64,000 bases of DNA from Candidatus Bathyarchaeota archaeon (GCA_963807605.1 CAWECG010000003.1:864001-928000), one strand, 5' to 3'; positions 31,034 through 41,981 are shown, counted from the first letter of the stretch. Made by a program: numbers and translations. Notes: a model not told the origin generated them from the sequence alone.

Positions 31034-31198
31034 ATGGCGTCCAAAACCACGAAGGTTGAGATAAAGGTCGATGGGAGGGCAATATCGGTGAATAGGTTTG
31101 TGCAAAAGATAATCTGGAACATTCTTGTTGGAATGTTAGATTCACTTCGAGAAGTCGACAACTGGAAAGAGGTCACGATCTCATTAAGAAGGTCTTAG
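31034..31198 (+). CDS. Small 54-aa protein resembling the MobB C-terminal extension domain
   Basis: MASKTTKVEIKVDGRAISVNRFVQKIIWNILVGMLDSLREV...; below the ORF track cutoff. Confidence 0.55.
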   Translation: MASKTTKVEIKVDGRAISVNRFVQKIIWNILVGMLDSLREVDNWKEVTISLRRS

Positions 31199-31270
31199 AG
31201 GTGGGGGTACACGTACCTAATATCAAACTAGTCGGCATGTTCAAGACTAGAGTCAGAAAAGGTTAGAAAA

Positions 31271-31456
31271 ACAGCTAGCAAGATTCAGGTTCCTATATGT
31301 CATTCAAGAAAACGCGGTGGAAATTTAGGCTGGTTCGGACATGGTCAGATGATGAAGGAATTTGAGAAAGCCACTTTTGGTTTAGAGAAAGGACAAGTGA
31401 CAGAGGAGCCTATCAAGACGCAGTTTGGTTATCATATAATCAAGAGGCTTAAATGA
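31271..31456 (+). pseudogene. Parvulin (PpiC-type) PPIase remnant
   Basis: [28 protein letters not shown]...[12 protein letters not shown] with no start codon and the HILVK region missing. Confidence 0.8.
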
Positions 31457-31617
31457 AGCCAAAGATGGGGTCTACTTTCTAGCGGGCTCGACAAGCAGCA
31501 AGATGTTCATGAGACCTCTTTTATGTAAGAATAGTTTCTTCTGCGTAATTTCCGTATGGTGAAAGACTTCCATGGTAGCAAATCAAGTTTCACTACCTGA
31601 GGTGAGGCAGACCAACA

Positions 31618-32472
31618 TTGCGTGACGGAATCTTGGTCAAGTGTGGCGTGCACATTTCTATAGCCGGAGCAGTTGATAGGGCAGTCGATCGGGCCAAAGA
31701 GAAGACATGTGACACATTTCAGGTGTTCACACGTAATCCTCGCAGTTGGAAATCTAAGAAACTCAAGCCTCATGAGGTGAATCTATTCAAAGAGAAACTG
31801 AAGGACTCTGGAATTCGGCCGGTAGTTGCACATATGCCGTATTTGGCTAATCTCTCATGTCCCAAACAGACTACCTACAGGAAGTCCGTTAAGACGTTGA
31901 TAGAGGAACTTGATAGGTGCAACGCACTTGGTATTCCATATATTGTGACTCATCTAGGAAGTCACCTTGGGAAAGGTCGAAAGGTTGGGCTTGAGCGGCT
32001 CATTGAAGCAATCGGTTCAGCATTGGATGCCTCCGAAGGTAAAGCAACGTTGCTACTTGAGAATACGGCAGGGACAAGAAACAGCATGGGATCATCTTTC
32101 GAGGATATGCAAGAGATTATGGAACACACCACTCAATCTCGTGTAGCTATATGTTTTGATACAAGTCACGCCTTTGCGGCAGGATACAATCTTAAGGACA
32201 CAGAATCAGTAAACGAGACTATACAGAAGCTCGATAATACCGTGGGGATAGATTCACTCAGAATAATCCATGCAAATGATTCCAAAGGGAAACTGGGTTC
32301 ACGAATAGATAGACATGAACACATTGGTATGGGATACATTGGTGACGCAGGATTCAAAGCAATACTTCATACTGATGTATTTAGAAACTTACCTTTGATA
32401 CTTGAAACTCCAATTGATACGCGCGGAACCGATGTAATGAATCTTAGAAGGATACGCAGGCTCGCTACCTAA
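31618..32472 (+). CDS. nfo: Endonuclease IV
   Basis: GVHISIAG, HMPYLANL, LENTAG, DTSH, HANDSK, DRHEHIG and ILETP. Confidence 0.95.
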   Translation: MRDGILVKCGVHISIAGAVDRAVDRAKEKTCDTFQVFTRNPRSWKSKKLKPHEVNLFKEKLKDSGIRPVVAHMPYLANLSCPKQTTYRKSVKTLIEELDRCNALGIPYIVTHLGSHLGKGRKVGLERLIEAIGSALDASEGKATLLLENTAGTRNSMGSSFEDMQEIMEHTTQSRVAICFDTSHAFAAGYNLKDTESVNETIQKLDNTVGIDSLRIIHANDSKGKLGSRIDRHEHIGMGYIGDAGFKAILHTDVFRNLPLILETPIDTRGTDVMNLRRIRRLAT

Positions 32473-32821
32473 AGGCAGTTGATTAATCTGCTTTAATTGC
32501 ACAATTGTATGAAATATGAACCGAATAATGTCAGCGATTATCAACATGCCCTATACTAAATTGAGTTTAGGATGGGTAAGGGAATTCTCAGGGTTTGTGT
32601 TTAGCACTCTATTCATGCACATTTGAACGTTTGTTTCCGACAATCTTTTGATGGAAACAACGGAGGCCTAGGTCTCTTGGCTGGGGTTGAATCTGCTTGG
32701 AGGGATCCCTGCAAAAGTTTACTAGCAACATGTAGTGAATCAAGCCGATCGAACTGTTGCTATCGGAATCCTGAAAGTGGAAGAATCGCATCAACAATTT
32801 GGGCATATTGGAGGAATAGGG

Positions 32822-35476
32822 TTGCAGCAAACCGTTATAAGCAAAATAGGGTCGCGCAAGGTAAAAGAATTCACAAAGCTTGCTGAGCGCTATCTGGGAT
32901 ACGATTCTCTATACATCTGGAATGTTAACATAAACGGAATAATAGTCCAACTACGCACGAACGACAGCACCCTAGACACATTCTGGAAAGAGAACTGGTA
33001 TCCAGCGGCCTACAGCCATAATCTGAGACCACATGGAATCATCTACGCAATCACTCAAACGCCACACATCGAGACAGGGACCTACTATCATCCAGAGACA
33101 AAGACAGGGATCATATTCAATCCTCGAAGTTACGAGGCCATTCGAGATCTTGGACTCAGAATCGTGATGGATGTTTCATTGGATCAGAAACAAGTCAGTC
33201 TCCTGCGTGGGGCTCTAGTCGATATAAACGGTGAAGGAATAATGTTAACTGGAGCAAGTGGAAGCGGAAAGTCAACACATGCCTTCCTTTTGTTAGATCT
33301 AGAACGAGCAAGAATACATTCGAATGATCTATTTGCTGTAGAACAATTAGGGGGCGAGAAGGGGCGCCTTTCAACTCAAGCTTGCGAACGCAAATTCTAC
33401 CTCAAAACGGAACTTTCTAAAATAAGCGCTCGCCTCCAAGAGTTACTCCACAGATGCCAACGGGAAGATGGTCATTTCATGCTCGATCCTTGGTGGATCG
33501 GAGGAAACGAGAAGTTTGTTGACACAACCCGAATCAAACTGATCCTATTCTTACAGCCTGACAAAAACAATCAGATAGTAGATAGACGGCTTGGCAACCA
33601 AGAAGCTCTTACCCTTCTGTCAGGTGCACCGACAGGCTTGGACATCCCAGACAGTCTGAGTGAGGACGAGAAAGAACCACTTACATCATTCTTCAAAGAG
33701 ATACTTCAGTTTGTAGCATGCTATAGCATAAACACCGCCAAACCAATATTCGAAGTTCAGAAGAGACTACACGAAATCATACTCTTCAGAGAGTATCTTG
33801 AGCCATTAATCTCCCCAAGACCAGCCGAGGTGACGACAGCTCCAGTCAATTTAGACGAGATAAAGAACACGGTTGATGCCTTGAGAACACGCTCCAATGT
33901 GACCTTTCTCGATGAAAATCAGGTGAGAGCCATGGCAGAGGAACACGGCACTAAAACAAACTTTGGTAACTACAACTTCACTTCCACGGTGAAAAACCGA
34001 AACGCTAACCTAACAGTTTACGTTGGTAGCCCACAGATTCAACAACGAAACTTAAATCCGCGCCAGAGGGAGATACTTCGAAATCTACCTCAGACCATAG
34101 CCGACCTTCACAAGTACTTAGAGCGGGCTCCACTAGTAGCAATTGAAAGGACGATGGGTGATAACCCACTATTCACTCCTCACTGCACCCTCTACGTTTC
34201 TGTCCAACGTAAAGAGATGGTGCGCCTTGCCTACATGGTCAGCCAGACACTCTTCCCACCAAAATGTAGCGAACCCATTCTTCAGCTAGTATACATTCCT
34301 GAGTGGCAAGAGAAGGATCGGCAGATACTAGTTTTCCCAGATATTGGCATAACATACGTACTTGGCACCGACTACTACGGTGAAGCGAAGAAAGGCTTCT
34401 TGCGTATGGCAATGTGGATAGCAAAGCAACGTGGAATGCTGGGCTTGCATGCAGGTGCGAAGATAATACGCGCCAAAGCCTCCGACCGCAAGATCCATCG
34501 GTATGGCACACTTATTTTCGGATTGACAGCCACAGGCAAAACCACCCACACCTGTCACAATCACGGTTTGACTGAGACAGGAGAAGGCATAGAGATAATT
34601 CAAGACGATGTCGTATTCCTAAGGCCAGACTGCTCAGCCCTTGGAACCGAAAAAGGCTTCTACCTAAAGACTGAAGGGGTAACCCCAGAGATTCAACCCC
34701 TCATCTACGCTGCGGTTACAAAGCCAGATGCAATCTTCGAGAATGTTCTAGTCGACTATTTGGGGAACGTGTATTTTGGGGATGAAACTCTAACAGGGAA
34801 CGCACGTGGCATAATGCAGAGGGATGATTTCGGTGAGTATAAGAGCGTCAGCGTAAATCTACCACAGATAGATAAACTTGATGGATTGATTATTCTCTTC
34901 ATAACACGCCGGAACACAGTTGTCCCAATTGCCTCAAAACTTACAACCGAACAGGCGGCCGCGGCTTTCATGCTCGGTGAATCTATAGAAACCTCAGGAA
35001 GCGACCCTCGAAGAGCAGGTGAATCAGTACGCGAGGTTGGAACTAACCCTTTCATAATAGGAGACGAAGCTGAAGAGGGCAATCGCTTTTACAAATTCAT
35101 CAAAGAACATGAAAGTAAGATTCAGGCATACCAGCTTAACACAGGTGGAGTGGGAGAAATAGTACTCAGGGCTGAGGATGGTAGCAGAGTAGTCAAACAG
35201 AAGGTTGTCAGAGTGGAGATACCAGAGATGGCAGCGATAATTCGAGGCATTTCAAGAGGAGAGATTGAGTGGTCTGACGATCCTAATTTCGGTACAAAGA
35301 TACCTGCGAAAGTCCCTGGAGTAGATATGAAGAAATTTGCCCTCAAGAAATACTACTCCCCAGAACAGGTAGCACACTATGTCCAGTCGCTCAAGAAAGA
35401 GAGAGCGGACTATCTAGAGAAGTTTCCAAAGCTCCACTCCGCCATAATAAACACTTGTACCGCAAGTGTAAACTGA
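32822..35476 (+). CDS. pckA: ATP-dependent PEP carboxykinase fused to an N-terminal HprK-like P-loop domain
   Basis: N-domain TGASGSGKSTH; C-domain DYYGEAKKG, LHAG, FGLTATGKTT, QDD, GTEKGFY and NTG. TTG start follows GGAGG. Confidence 0.85.
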   Translation: MQQTVISKIGSRKVKEFTKLAERYLGYDSLYIWNVNINGIIVQLRTNDSTLDTFWKENWYPAAYSHNLRPHGIIYAITQTPHIETGTYYHPETKTGIIFNPRSYEAIRDLGLRIVMDVSLDQKQVSLLRGALVDINGEGIMLTGASGSGKSTHAFLLLDLERARIHSNDLFAVEQLGGEKGRLSTQACERKFYLKTELSKISARLQELLHRCQREDGHFMLDPWWIGGNEKFVDTTRIKLILFLQPDKNNQIVDRRLGNQEALTLLSGAPTGLDIPDSLSEDEKEPLTSFFKEILQFVACYSINTAKPIFEVQKRLHEIILFREYLEPLISPRPAEVTTAPVNLDEIKNTVDALRTRSNVTFLDENQVRAMAEEHGTKTNFGNYNFTSTVKNRNANLTVYVGSPQIQQRNLNPRQREILRNLPQTIADLHKYLERAPLVAIERTMGDNPLFTPHCTLYVSVQRKEMVRLAYMVSQTLFPPKCSEPILQLVYIPEWQEKDRQILVFPDIGITYVLGTDYYGEAKKGFLRMAMWIAKQRGMLGLHAGAKIIRAKASDRKIHRYGTLIFGLTATGKTTHTCHNHGLTETGEGIEIIQDDVVFLRPDCSALGTEKGFYLKTEGVTPEIQPLIYAAVTKPDAIFENVLVDYLGNVYFGDETLTGNARGIMQRDDFGEYKSVSVNLPQIDKLDGLIILFITRRNTVVPIASKLTTEQAAAAFMLGESIETSGSDPRRAGESVREVGTNPFIIGDEAEEGNRFYKFIKEHESKIQAYQLNTGGVGEIVLRAEDGSRVVKQKVVRVEIPEMAAIIRGISRGEIEWSDDPNFGTKIPAKVPGVDMKKFALKKYYSPEQVAHYVQSLKKERADYLEKFPKLHSAIINTCTASVN

Positions 35477-35568
35477 GACTGGTAGCTTTTTGGTAGGAGG
35501 GCTTATCACAAACAGCTGTGAGATGTATCTTGATACTACATCTCATTCAACGTCAAGAGTCGGTTGAG

Positions 35569-35754
35569 TCAACTCTTCTCGTAGCCAACAAATAGAAACG
35601 CTAGAATTACTGTTGCAATTCCCAGAAACATTATTCCCAATTGAAGTAGCTCATAGTATTCGTCGATACTCATGGTCTTAGCCTTCCCGCTCCGAATCTT
35701 GATTTCTGTCTTTAAAAGGTGACTGATCATCCTTACTTTATAGTCTTTTTCCAC
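35569..35754 (-). CDS. Small membrane protein
   Basis: C-terminal TM helix; start uncertain. Confidence 0.4.
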   Translation of the reverse strand: MEKDYKVRMISHLLKTEIKIRSGKAKTMSIDEYYELLQLGIMFLGIATVILAFLFVGYEKS

Positions 35755-36149
35755 CGTCGGGTGATTCTTCCATATTCAATATCGTGATTCTCTTCTTTCT
35801 CGAATCTGTCAAGGGCTAGAGCTATTTTTTGCGCTATTATGTGGTAACAAAGTTGCTTCTTTGCATTCATAACCCTGAAGTAGTAATCATCACAGTTGCA
35901 GAAGTTTGTGTGTGGCATCACTTGGTACGTGGAATTCTTTCCACGGACTTCCCAGATTACACGGCCACTTGGTTTGAAGAGATAACGCTTTATCGCCCCT
36001 CTTTCAACTAGACCAAGTGCTTTCTCATATCTCTCTCCAAAAGATTCCTCCAACTTTTTGGCTAGACTCTTTTCTAAAGAGCGTCGTGACTCTATCTCTT
36101 TACATATTTGGGTAATCAACAAAGTCTCACTCTCTCCTGCCGGCTTCAT
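35733..36149 (-). CDS. SWIM zinc-finger protein
   Basis: FCNCDDY...CYHIIA. Confidence 0.85.
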   Translation of the reverse strand: MKPAGESETLLITQICKEIESRRSLEKSLAKKLEESFGERYEKALGLVERGAIKRYLFKPSGRVIWEVRGKNSTYQVMPHTNFCNCDDYYFRVMNAKKQLCYHIIAQKIALALDRFEKEENHDIEYGRITRRWKKTIK

Positions 36150-36322
36150 CTCTTACCACAGCATCTATCAAAGGCTCAATCTTTAATCCGTAGAGTTCTG
36201 CACATTATTTATGAGGCTCTCATAGAGTTAAACTGGATACTAGGAGGAGTTTCAGCTTCGCAAATCTTGAACCTGTTGCCCCCTATCCGGCCATTTGTTA
36301 CCAAAGTGGCCGAGAGAAGAAC

Positions 36323-37108
36323 TTGATCATAGGGGATCTGCACATCGGTTGGGAAGCCTCCCTTAAAGAACATGGCGTATATATACCTTCACAGACACCC
36401 AGACTTCTTGAGAGGCTTAAAGACATAGTTAAGATAGTTGACCCTGTACGTATAATTATTCTTGGGGATATCAAACACAGTATTGCAAAAATGAGATCCA
36501 TCGACTGGCATGATGTACCACCTTTCTTTGAGGCTCTCACGAGACTCGTAAAAGAGGTTTGGGTAGTACCTGGAAATCATGATGGAAATCTAGAGGCGCT
36601 TGTTTCAGAGAGTGTAAAGATCCTCCCAGTATCAGGACTCACTTTTGATAGTGAAGTGGGAATAATTCACGGCCATGCTTGGCCTAAACCGGAGATTCTC
36701 AGATGCAAAAACATAATTATGGGGCACCTTCACCCGATGATTACACTAATAGACACTCTAGGTTTCGTGACAACTCACCAAGTATGGCTTAGAACACACT
36801 CTGACGGCGAAGCACTGGCTAGAGGACTCTTGAAGAACTTGCAAATACGAATTGAGGATGATGCCAGAATTACTATGAAAAAGCACTTCAACATAATCCT
36901 AAGCAATCCACGTTGCACAATCCTTCCTTCGTTCAACAATCTCCTCAGCGGTCAAGCTATAAACAGGAATTTTGCGGATACTGACTCGAAAGGACCGTAT
37001 CTGGGGCCTTTGCTGAAATCCGGCGGGATCGATCTGAGGAATGGCGATGTCTATTTGTTAGATGGATCGTATCTTGGCAAACTCAGTCTACTACAGCAGC
37101 TCTCCTGA
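36323..37108 (+). CDS. Calcineurin-like metallophosphoesterase
   Basis: GDLHIG, LGDIKH, PGNHDG, HGH, GHLHP and LPSFN. The frame stays open upstream. Confidence 0.9.
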   Translation: MIIGDLHIGWEASLKEHGVYIPSQTPRLLERLKDIVKIVDPVRIIILGDIKHSIAKMRSIDWHDVPPFFEALTRLVKEVWVVPGNHDGNLEALVSESVKILPVSGLTFDSEVGIIHGHAWPKPEILRCKNIIMGHLHPMITLIDTLGFVTTHQVWLRTHSDGEALARGLLKNLQIRIEDDARITMKKHFNIILSNPRCTILPSFNNLLSGQAINRNFADTDSKGPYLGPLLKSGGIDLRNGDVYLLDGSYLGKLSLLQQLS

Positions 37109-37356
37109 AATCTATATACATTAACGTGTAAATTCCCCTTGTAAGAATGTACTGTTTTTTGTATAGAACAGATATAAGATACAGAGCCAAAGGCGTTAGT
37201 GTACAGCGATGAAAAGCTGGCGGAACGCAATATTTTGCTACTGCACTTGGTCTGTCATTAAACATATTGACACTAAGAGGCATGGATTGAACATCGGAAA
37301 GGACTGGCACAACAATCAGAAGCATCTACGGCTTGGTTATTTGGAGGCTAGCTGAG

Positions 37357-37623
37357 ATGCCAAGCTTTGTCGTAGAGATAGTTATTGAGAACAAGAAGAT
37401 GGCCCGAGATCCTGAGGGCGAAACTATAGCTAGAGAATTGATCAATAGAGAGGGATTCTCAGCAATAAAGAGTGTAAGAACGGGTAAATATTTGCGATTA
37501 CTCGTTGAGGCAGTAGACAAAGAAGAGGCGGAGCAACTTGTCACAAGAATGTCCAATACACTCAGAATATTCAACCCCGTAGTTCACACCTGCAACATCC
37601 GCGCTAAGAGTGAGGTAGAGTGA
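37357..37623 (+). CDS. purS: FGAM synthase subunit PurS
   Basis: DPEGETI, VRTGK and NPVV. Confidence 0.93.
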   Translation: MPSFVVEIVIENKKMARDPEGETIARELINREGFSAIKSVRTGKYLRLLVEAVDKEEAEQLVTRMSNTLRIFNPVVHTCNIRAKSEVE

Positions 37624-38312
37624 AGGTCGCAGTAATACAATTTCCAGGCTCAAACTGTGACCTCGATGTCTTTCACGTTCTCAGGAATGTCCTCGGAGTG
37701 GAAGTGGACTTAGTTTGGCACAGAAGTTTTGAAGCTGAAGATTGTGATGCAGCTGTTCTACCAGGGGGTTTCTCTTACGGCGATTATCTCAGAGCTGGAA
37801 TAATCGCAGCCCATAGCCCCGCCATGAGACACATAAAAGAGATGGCAAAACAGGGAAAGCCCATAATCGGGATCTGCAACGGCTTTCAGATACTTATAGA
37901 ATCAGGACTCTTGCCAGGAGCGCTCCTAAGAAATCAAGGTATGATGTTTATCTGTAAGTGGGTCAAGCTCAAGGTTGAGACTGAGAATACCCCATTCACA
38001 AAGGCTACAGCAAAGGGTACTATTCTTGACATGCCAATAGCGCATGCTGAGGGGAGATACGTCAACGAACCTGAAGGTCTTAGAGAACTACACGAAAATG
38101 ATCAGGTTGTTTTCACATATACAGACACGCAAGGTAACCTTACCCAGGCAGGAAACCCAAACGGCTCTGTGGACTGCATAGCAGGTATATGTAACCTAGA
38201 AAGGAACGTCCTCGGCCTTATGCCTCATCCTGAGAGAGCTTCCGAATCGATACTCAGTCCATTCTCGGATAATGACGGTCTTCAAATTCTGAGAGTATTC
38301 ACTGAGATGTGA
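37620..38312 (+). CDS. purQ: FGAM synthase glutaminase PurQ
   Basis: FPGSNCD, PGGFSYGDYLR, GICNGFQ and MPHPER. Confidence 0.97.
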   Translation: MKVAVIQFPGSNCDLDVFHVLRNVLGVEVDLVWHRSFEAEDCDAAVLPGGFSYGDYLRAGIIAAHSPAMRHIKEMAKQGKPIIGICNGFQILIESGLLPGALLRNQGMMFICKWVKLKVETENTPFTKATAKGTILDMPIAHAEGRYVNEPEGLRELHENDQVVFTYTDTQGNLTQAGNPNGSVDCIAGICNLERNVLGLMPHPERASESILSPFSDNDGLQILRVFTEM

Positions 38313-38323
38313 GGAGCTAGGTT

Positions 38324-40537
38324 GTGGAAACTACAGCAACGATCAAAATTAACCTGACTCCTAAGGAGCAGACAGAGGCTTACAGAAGACTGGGCAGAGA
38401 CGCAAACGAGACTGAGCTCGGAATGATAGACATAATGTGGTCTGAGCACTGCTCTTACAAGAGTAGCAGAGAAGTCCTACGGCGACTCCCGATAAGTGGA
38501 AGAAGAGTAGTTGTTGGACCAGGATACGATTCAGGTGTGGTGGACATTGGTGACGGCGACGTCATTGCATTCAAGATTGAGAGCCACAATCATCCGTCGG
38601 CAATAGAACCTTACAACGGGGCCGCAACAGGGATAGGCGGTATAATCAGAGACATTCTTTGCATGAACTGTAGGCCTATCGGCCTCCTAGATTCCTTACG
38701 ATTTGGAAATCTAAGTAGCAGTCACAGTAGATGGCTCTTCCATAACGTGGTAAAGGGAATAGCTGACTACGGTAACTGCACTGGAATCCCAACTGTAGCT
38801 GGTGAGGTTGAATTTGACGATAGTTTTGAAACTAATTGTCTGGTCAACGTTGCATGCTTTGGCTTCGGGAAGGCTAGAGATCTTACTCTCGGGAGAATGG
38901 ATCGACCCGGCGACGTCATCATTCTAGCAGGAGGAGCAACAGGCAGAGACGGCATACATGGTGTCACATTCGCGTCTAAGGTCATCAGTGAGGAATCCGA
39001 ATTAGACAGACCTGCAGTTCAGATCGGCGATCCCTTCACCAAGAAATTGGTCATTGAGGCCACACTCGAAGCTTTGAAAACAGGCAAAGTAAGGGGAGTT
39101 AAAGACTTAGGTGGGGGAGGATTGACTTGCGCTCTGTCAGAGATGTCAAGTAAGGGCGGCACGGGTGTCGAGGTAGATCTAGAAAAGATACACATCAGAG
39201 AGCAAGGGATGACGCCCTATGAGCTGTTACTTTCGGAATCTCAAGAGAGAATGCTATTCACTGTCGTTCCTGAAGGTCAGGAAGAAATCTTCAATATATT
39301 TCAAAAATGGGGGCTTCCATTCTCAACCATAGGAAAGGTGACAGGAACCGGTCGTCTGGTGGCCAGAAATCATGGCAGGTCAGTTGTAGATATTCCATCA
39401 AAACTCCTAACTCACTCCCCTCTTGCACGAAGAACAGTAAGAAAGCCTAAGGCTTTAGATAAAGGAGCAACTTCAAAATATCCTGCTCCAAAGAATCTGG
39501 CAAGTATACTATATCATATTTTGTCGAATTCGAACGTAGCTAGTAAAGAAGTTGTCTATAGACAATACGATCATGAAGTTGGAGCAAGAACCGTGCTGAA
39601 ACCTGGCGATGCCGATGCAGCAGTCCTAAGGATGATCGGCAGCGATAAGGCTATCGCAGTTAAAGTTGACTGTAATAGCTCGTATTGCCACCTCAACCCA
39701 TACCACGGTCATGCTGTAGCCGTAGCAGAAGCAGCTCGAAACGTCATTGCTGTAGGCGCTAAACCAATCGCCATAACTGACTGCTGCAACTTCGGTAATC
39801 CAGAGAACCCCGAGGTCTATTGGCAATTTAGAGAGGCAATTCGAGGGATTACATACATGCTAAAGGGCTTGAGGATACCATGCGTGGGGGGAAACGTTAG
39901 CTTCTATAATGAGGACCAGAAAACGGGGAGAGCCATCAAGCCTACAACAATGATAGTGATGCTAGGCCTGATCGAAAAGCTGAGTCTTGTGACCAATATG
40001 TTCCTCAAGAAAGATGGAGAATCAATAATTGTTGTGGGAAGGACTCTTCCTGAGTTGGGCGGCTCACAATACCACAGAATCATGAATGTAAAGGGAGGTA
40101 GCCCACCGCGAGCTGTCGTCTCCAGAGAGAAAGCCTCCACACGGACTGTAATTGAGGCAATTCGAAAGGGGTATGTTACGGCAGCTCATGATTGCTCGAA
40201 GGGGGGACTTGCCATATCCCTTGCCGAGATGACCATCAAGGGAGGACTAGGATTGACAGTTGACCTTAAGACTATTCCACGTTCACCAACCATGAGATCT
40301 GATGAAATACTCTTTTCTGAGTCATCGGCCAGATTTATAGTGACTACAACAAGAGCCCAGACAACAAAGTTACTTCGTTTGGCGAGGAAAAATGGTGCCC
40401 CCGCGGCGAGAATAGGCGAAGTTTCAAGATCAGGTTATGCGATCACTTCGGGATCGAAAAAACTGATCGAATACCCAGTTGAGCGTATGCAGGAGGCTTG
40501 GCGAAGCGCAATTCCTCAAGCTATGGAGAGTACATGA
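38324..40537 (+). CDS. purL: FGAM synthase PurL
   Basis: MWSEHCSYKS, ESHNHPS, DLGGGG and SESQERM. Confidence 0.97.
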   Translation: METTATIKINLTPKEQTEAYRRLGRDANETELGMIDIMWSEHCSYKSSREVLRRLPISGRRVVVGPGYDSGVVDIGDGDVIAFKIESHNHPSAIEPYNGAATGIGGIIRDILCMNCRPIGLLDSLRFGNLSSSHSRWLFHNVVKGIADYGNCTGIPTVAGEVEFDDSFETNCLVNVACFGFGKARDLTLGRMDRPGDVIILAGGATGRDGIHGVTFASKVISEESELDRPAVQIGDPFTKKLVIEATLEALKTGKVRGVKDLGGGGLTCALSEMSSKGGTGVEVDLEKIHIREQGMTPYELLLSESQERMLFTVVPEGQEEIFNIFQKWGLPFSTIGKVTGTGRLVARNHGRSVVDIPSKLLTHSPLARRTVRKPKALDKGATSKYPAPKNLASILYHILSNSNVASKEVVYRQYDHEVGARTVLKPGDADAAVLRMIGSDKAIAVKVDCNSSYCHLNPYHGHAVAVAEAARNVIAVGAKPIAITDCCNFGNPENPEVYWQFREAIRGITYMLKGLRIPCVGGNVSFYNEDQKTGRAIKPTTMIVMLGLIEKLSLVTNMFLKKDGESIIVVGRTLPELGGSQYHRIMNVKGGSPPRAVVSREKASTRTVIEAIRKGYVTAAHDCSKGGLAISLAEMTIKGGLGLTVDLKTIPRSPTMRSDEILFSESSARFIVTTTRAQTTKLLRLARKNGAPAARIGEVSRSGYAITSGSKKLIEYPVERMQEAWRSAIPQAMEST

Positions 40538-40538
40538 A

Positions 40539-41981
40539 ATGAAAGGCTTCGAAAGGCCGAAGAGGGATGCTTGCGGGGTTTTCGGGCTCTTCAATCCCAA
40601 ACACGACGTTGTCAGCAATATCTACTACGGACTAATGTCTCTTCAGCATAGAGGTCAGGAAGCCGCAGGAATCTCAACAATCAAGGATGGGACAATATCA
40701 ACCCGAAGGGTCTGGGGTTTAGTTTCTCAAAACCTTAGGCCCAAACTGTGGAGGCTCTCAGGCCACATGGGAATAGGTCATGTTAGGTACTCAACAACAG
40801 GGACTTCAACGTTGGCCAATGCTCAGCCGATGACAGATAGAATTTTCTCATTTGCACATAATGGTAACCTTGCCAACTACATGGATATCAGAAGAAGGAT
40901 GGAGAATCAAGGGCTCAGACTTAAGGCAAAAAGCGATGCAGAACTAATGTTAAGATTATTCAGAGCTAACTATGAAAGGTGCGGAGACTATGTCAAAGCC
41001 TTCGAAGAGCTGTCCTACCAGGTCGAAGGTGGATACTCAATCGTAATACTCACAAGAAACCGAGAATTGATTGCGGCAAGGGACCCTCTTGGTCTGAGAC
41101 CACTCTGCCAAGGAGAAATGGGAGAGGCAGTAGCATTTGCATCAGAGAGCGTAGCTCTGGACAGCAACAACATGAAAATTACTGGGGATGTGAAACCCGG
41201 CTCAATAGTTGTAGCTACTGAGAACACGTGCGACCAGTGGCAGTATCTTCCCTGCGAACGGAAGGCCCACTGCATGTTCGAATATGTCTATTTCAGTCGT
41301 GTCGATTCGGTTCTTGAAGGAAAGAGTGTATACGATGTCAGGTTCAACTTAGGTGTCAACCTAGCAAAGACCTATGACACCAAACCTGATGTCGTAATTC
41401 CTGTCCCTGACACTTCTAGAACAGCAGCTGAAGGTTACTCCAGCTACACGGGGATTCCAGTAGCTGAAGGCCTGATAAAAAACAGATATGTTCACAGAAC
41501 GTTCATCATGCCGAGACAGAGGGATTGAGATGCTGCCATGAAACTGAAGATAAATCCTCTCAAGTCAGTGGTCTCGGGGAAAGAAGTTCTCATAATAGAT
41601 GACAGCATAGTCAGGGGTACCACAAGCAGAGCAATAGTCGATATGGTTAGAACTGCTGGGGCCAAGAAGGTGTATATGATGAGCACATGCCCCCCCATCG
41701 TCTCTCCATGTTTCTACGGAATAGACATTGCAACATACAGTGAATTGATTGCAGCAAAAATGGATGTCGAGAATATTAGAACAAAGATAAAGGCTGATGG
41801 TCTAGGCTATCAAACTCTTGACGGCCTCATCAAAGCCATTGGGCTAACGAAAGAGGATCTATGCCTAGGATGTCTTACAGGTGAATACCCAACACCTTAT
41901 GCACAGAAGATTCTGGAGTCGATTAAAGAGAAAACAAAAACCAGTAGTGTTAGGCTGTGGGAGACTGAGCTCTCAGCTTGA
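40539..41981 (+). pseudogene. purF: Amidophosphoribosyltransferase with an in-frame TGA at 41526-41528
   Basis: CGVFG, QHRGQE, GHVRYST, then in the same frame DDSIVRGTT, PCFYGID and CLGCLTG. Confidence 0.92.

Noticed and set aside
41526-41528. Selenocysteine or an intron at the purF TGA
   Set aside because: The position corresponds to Arg, not Cys. The sequence is colinear with homologues, and no BHB or SECIS is evident.
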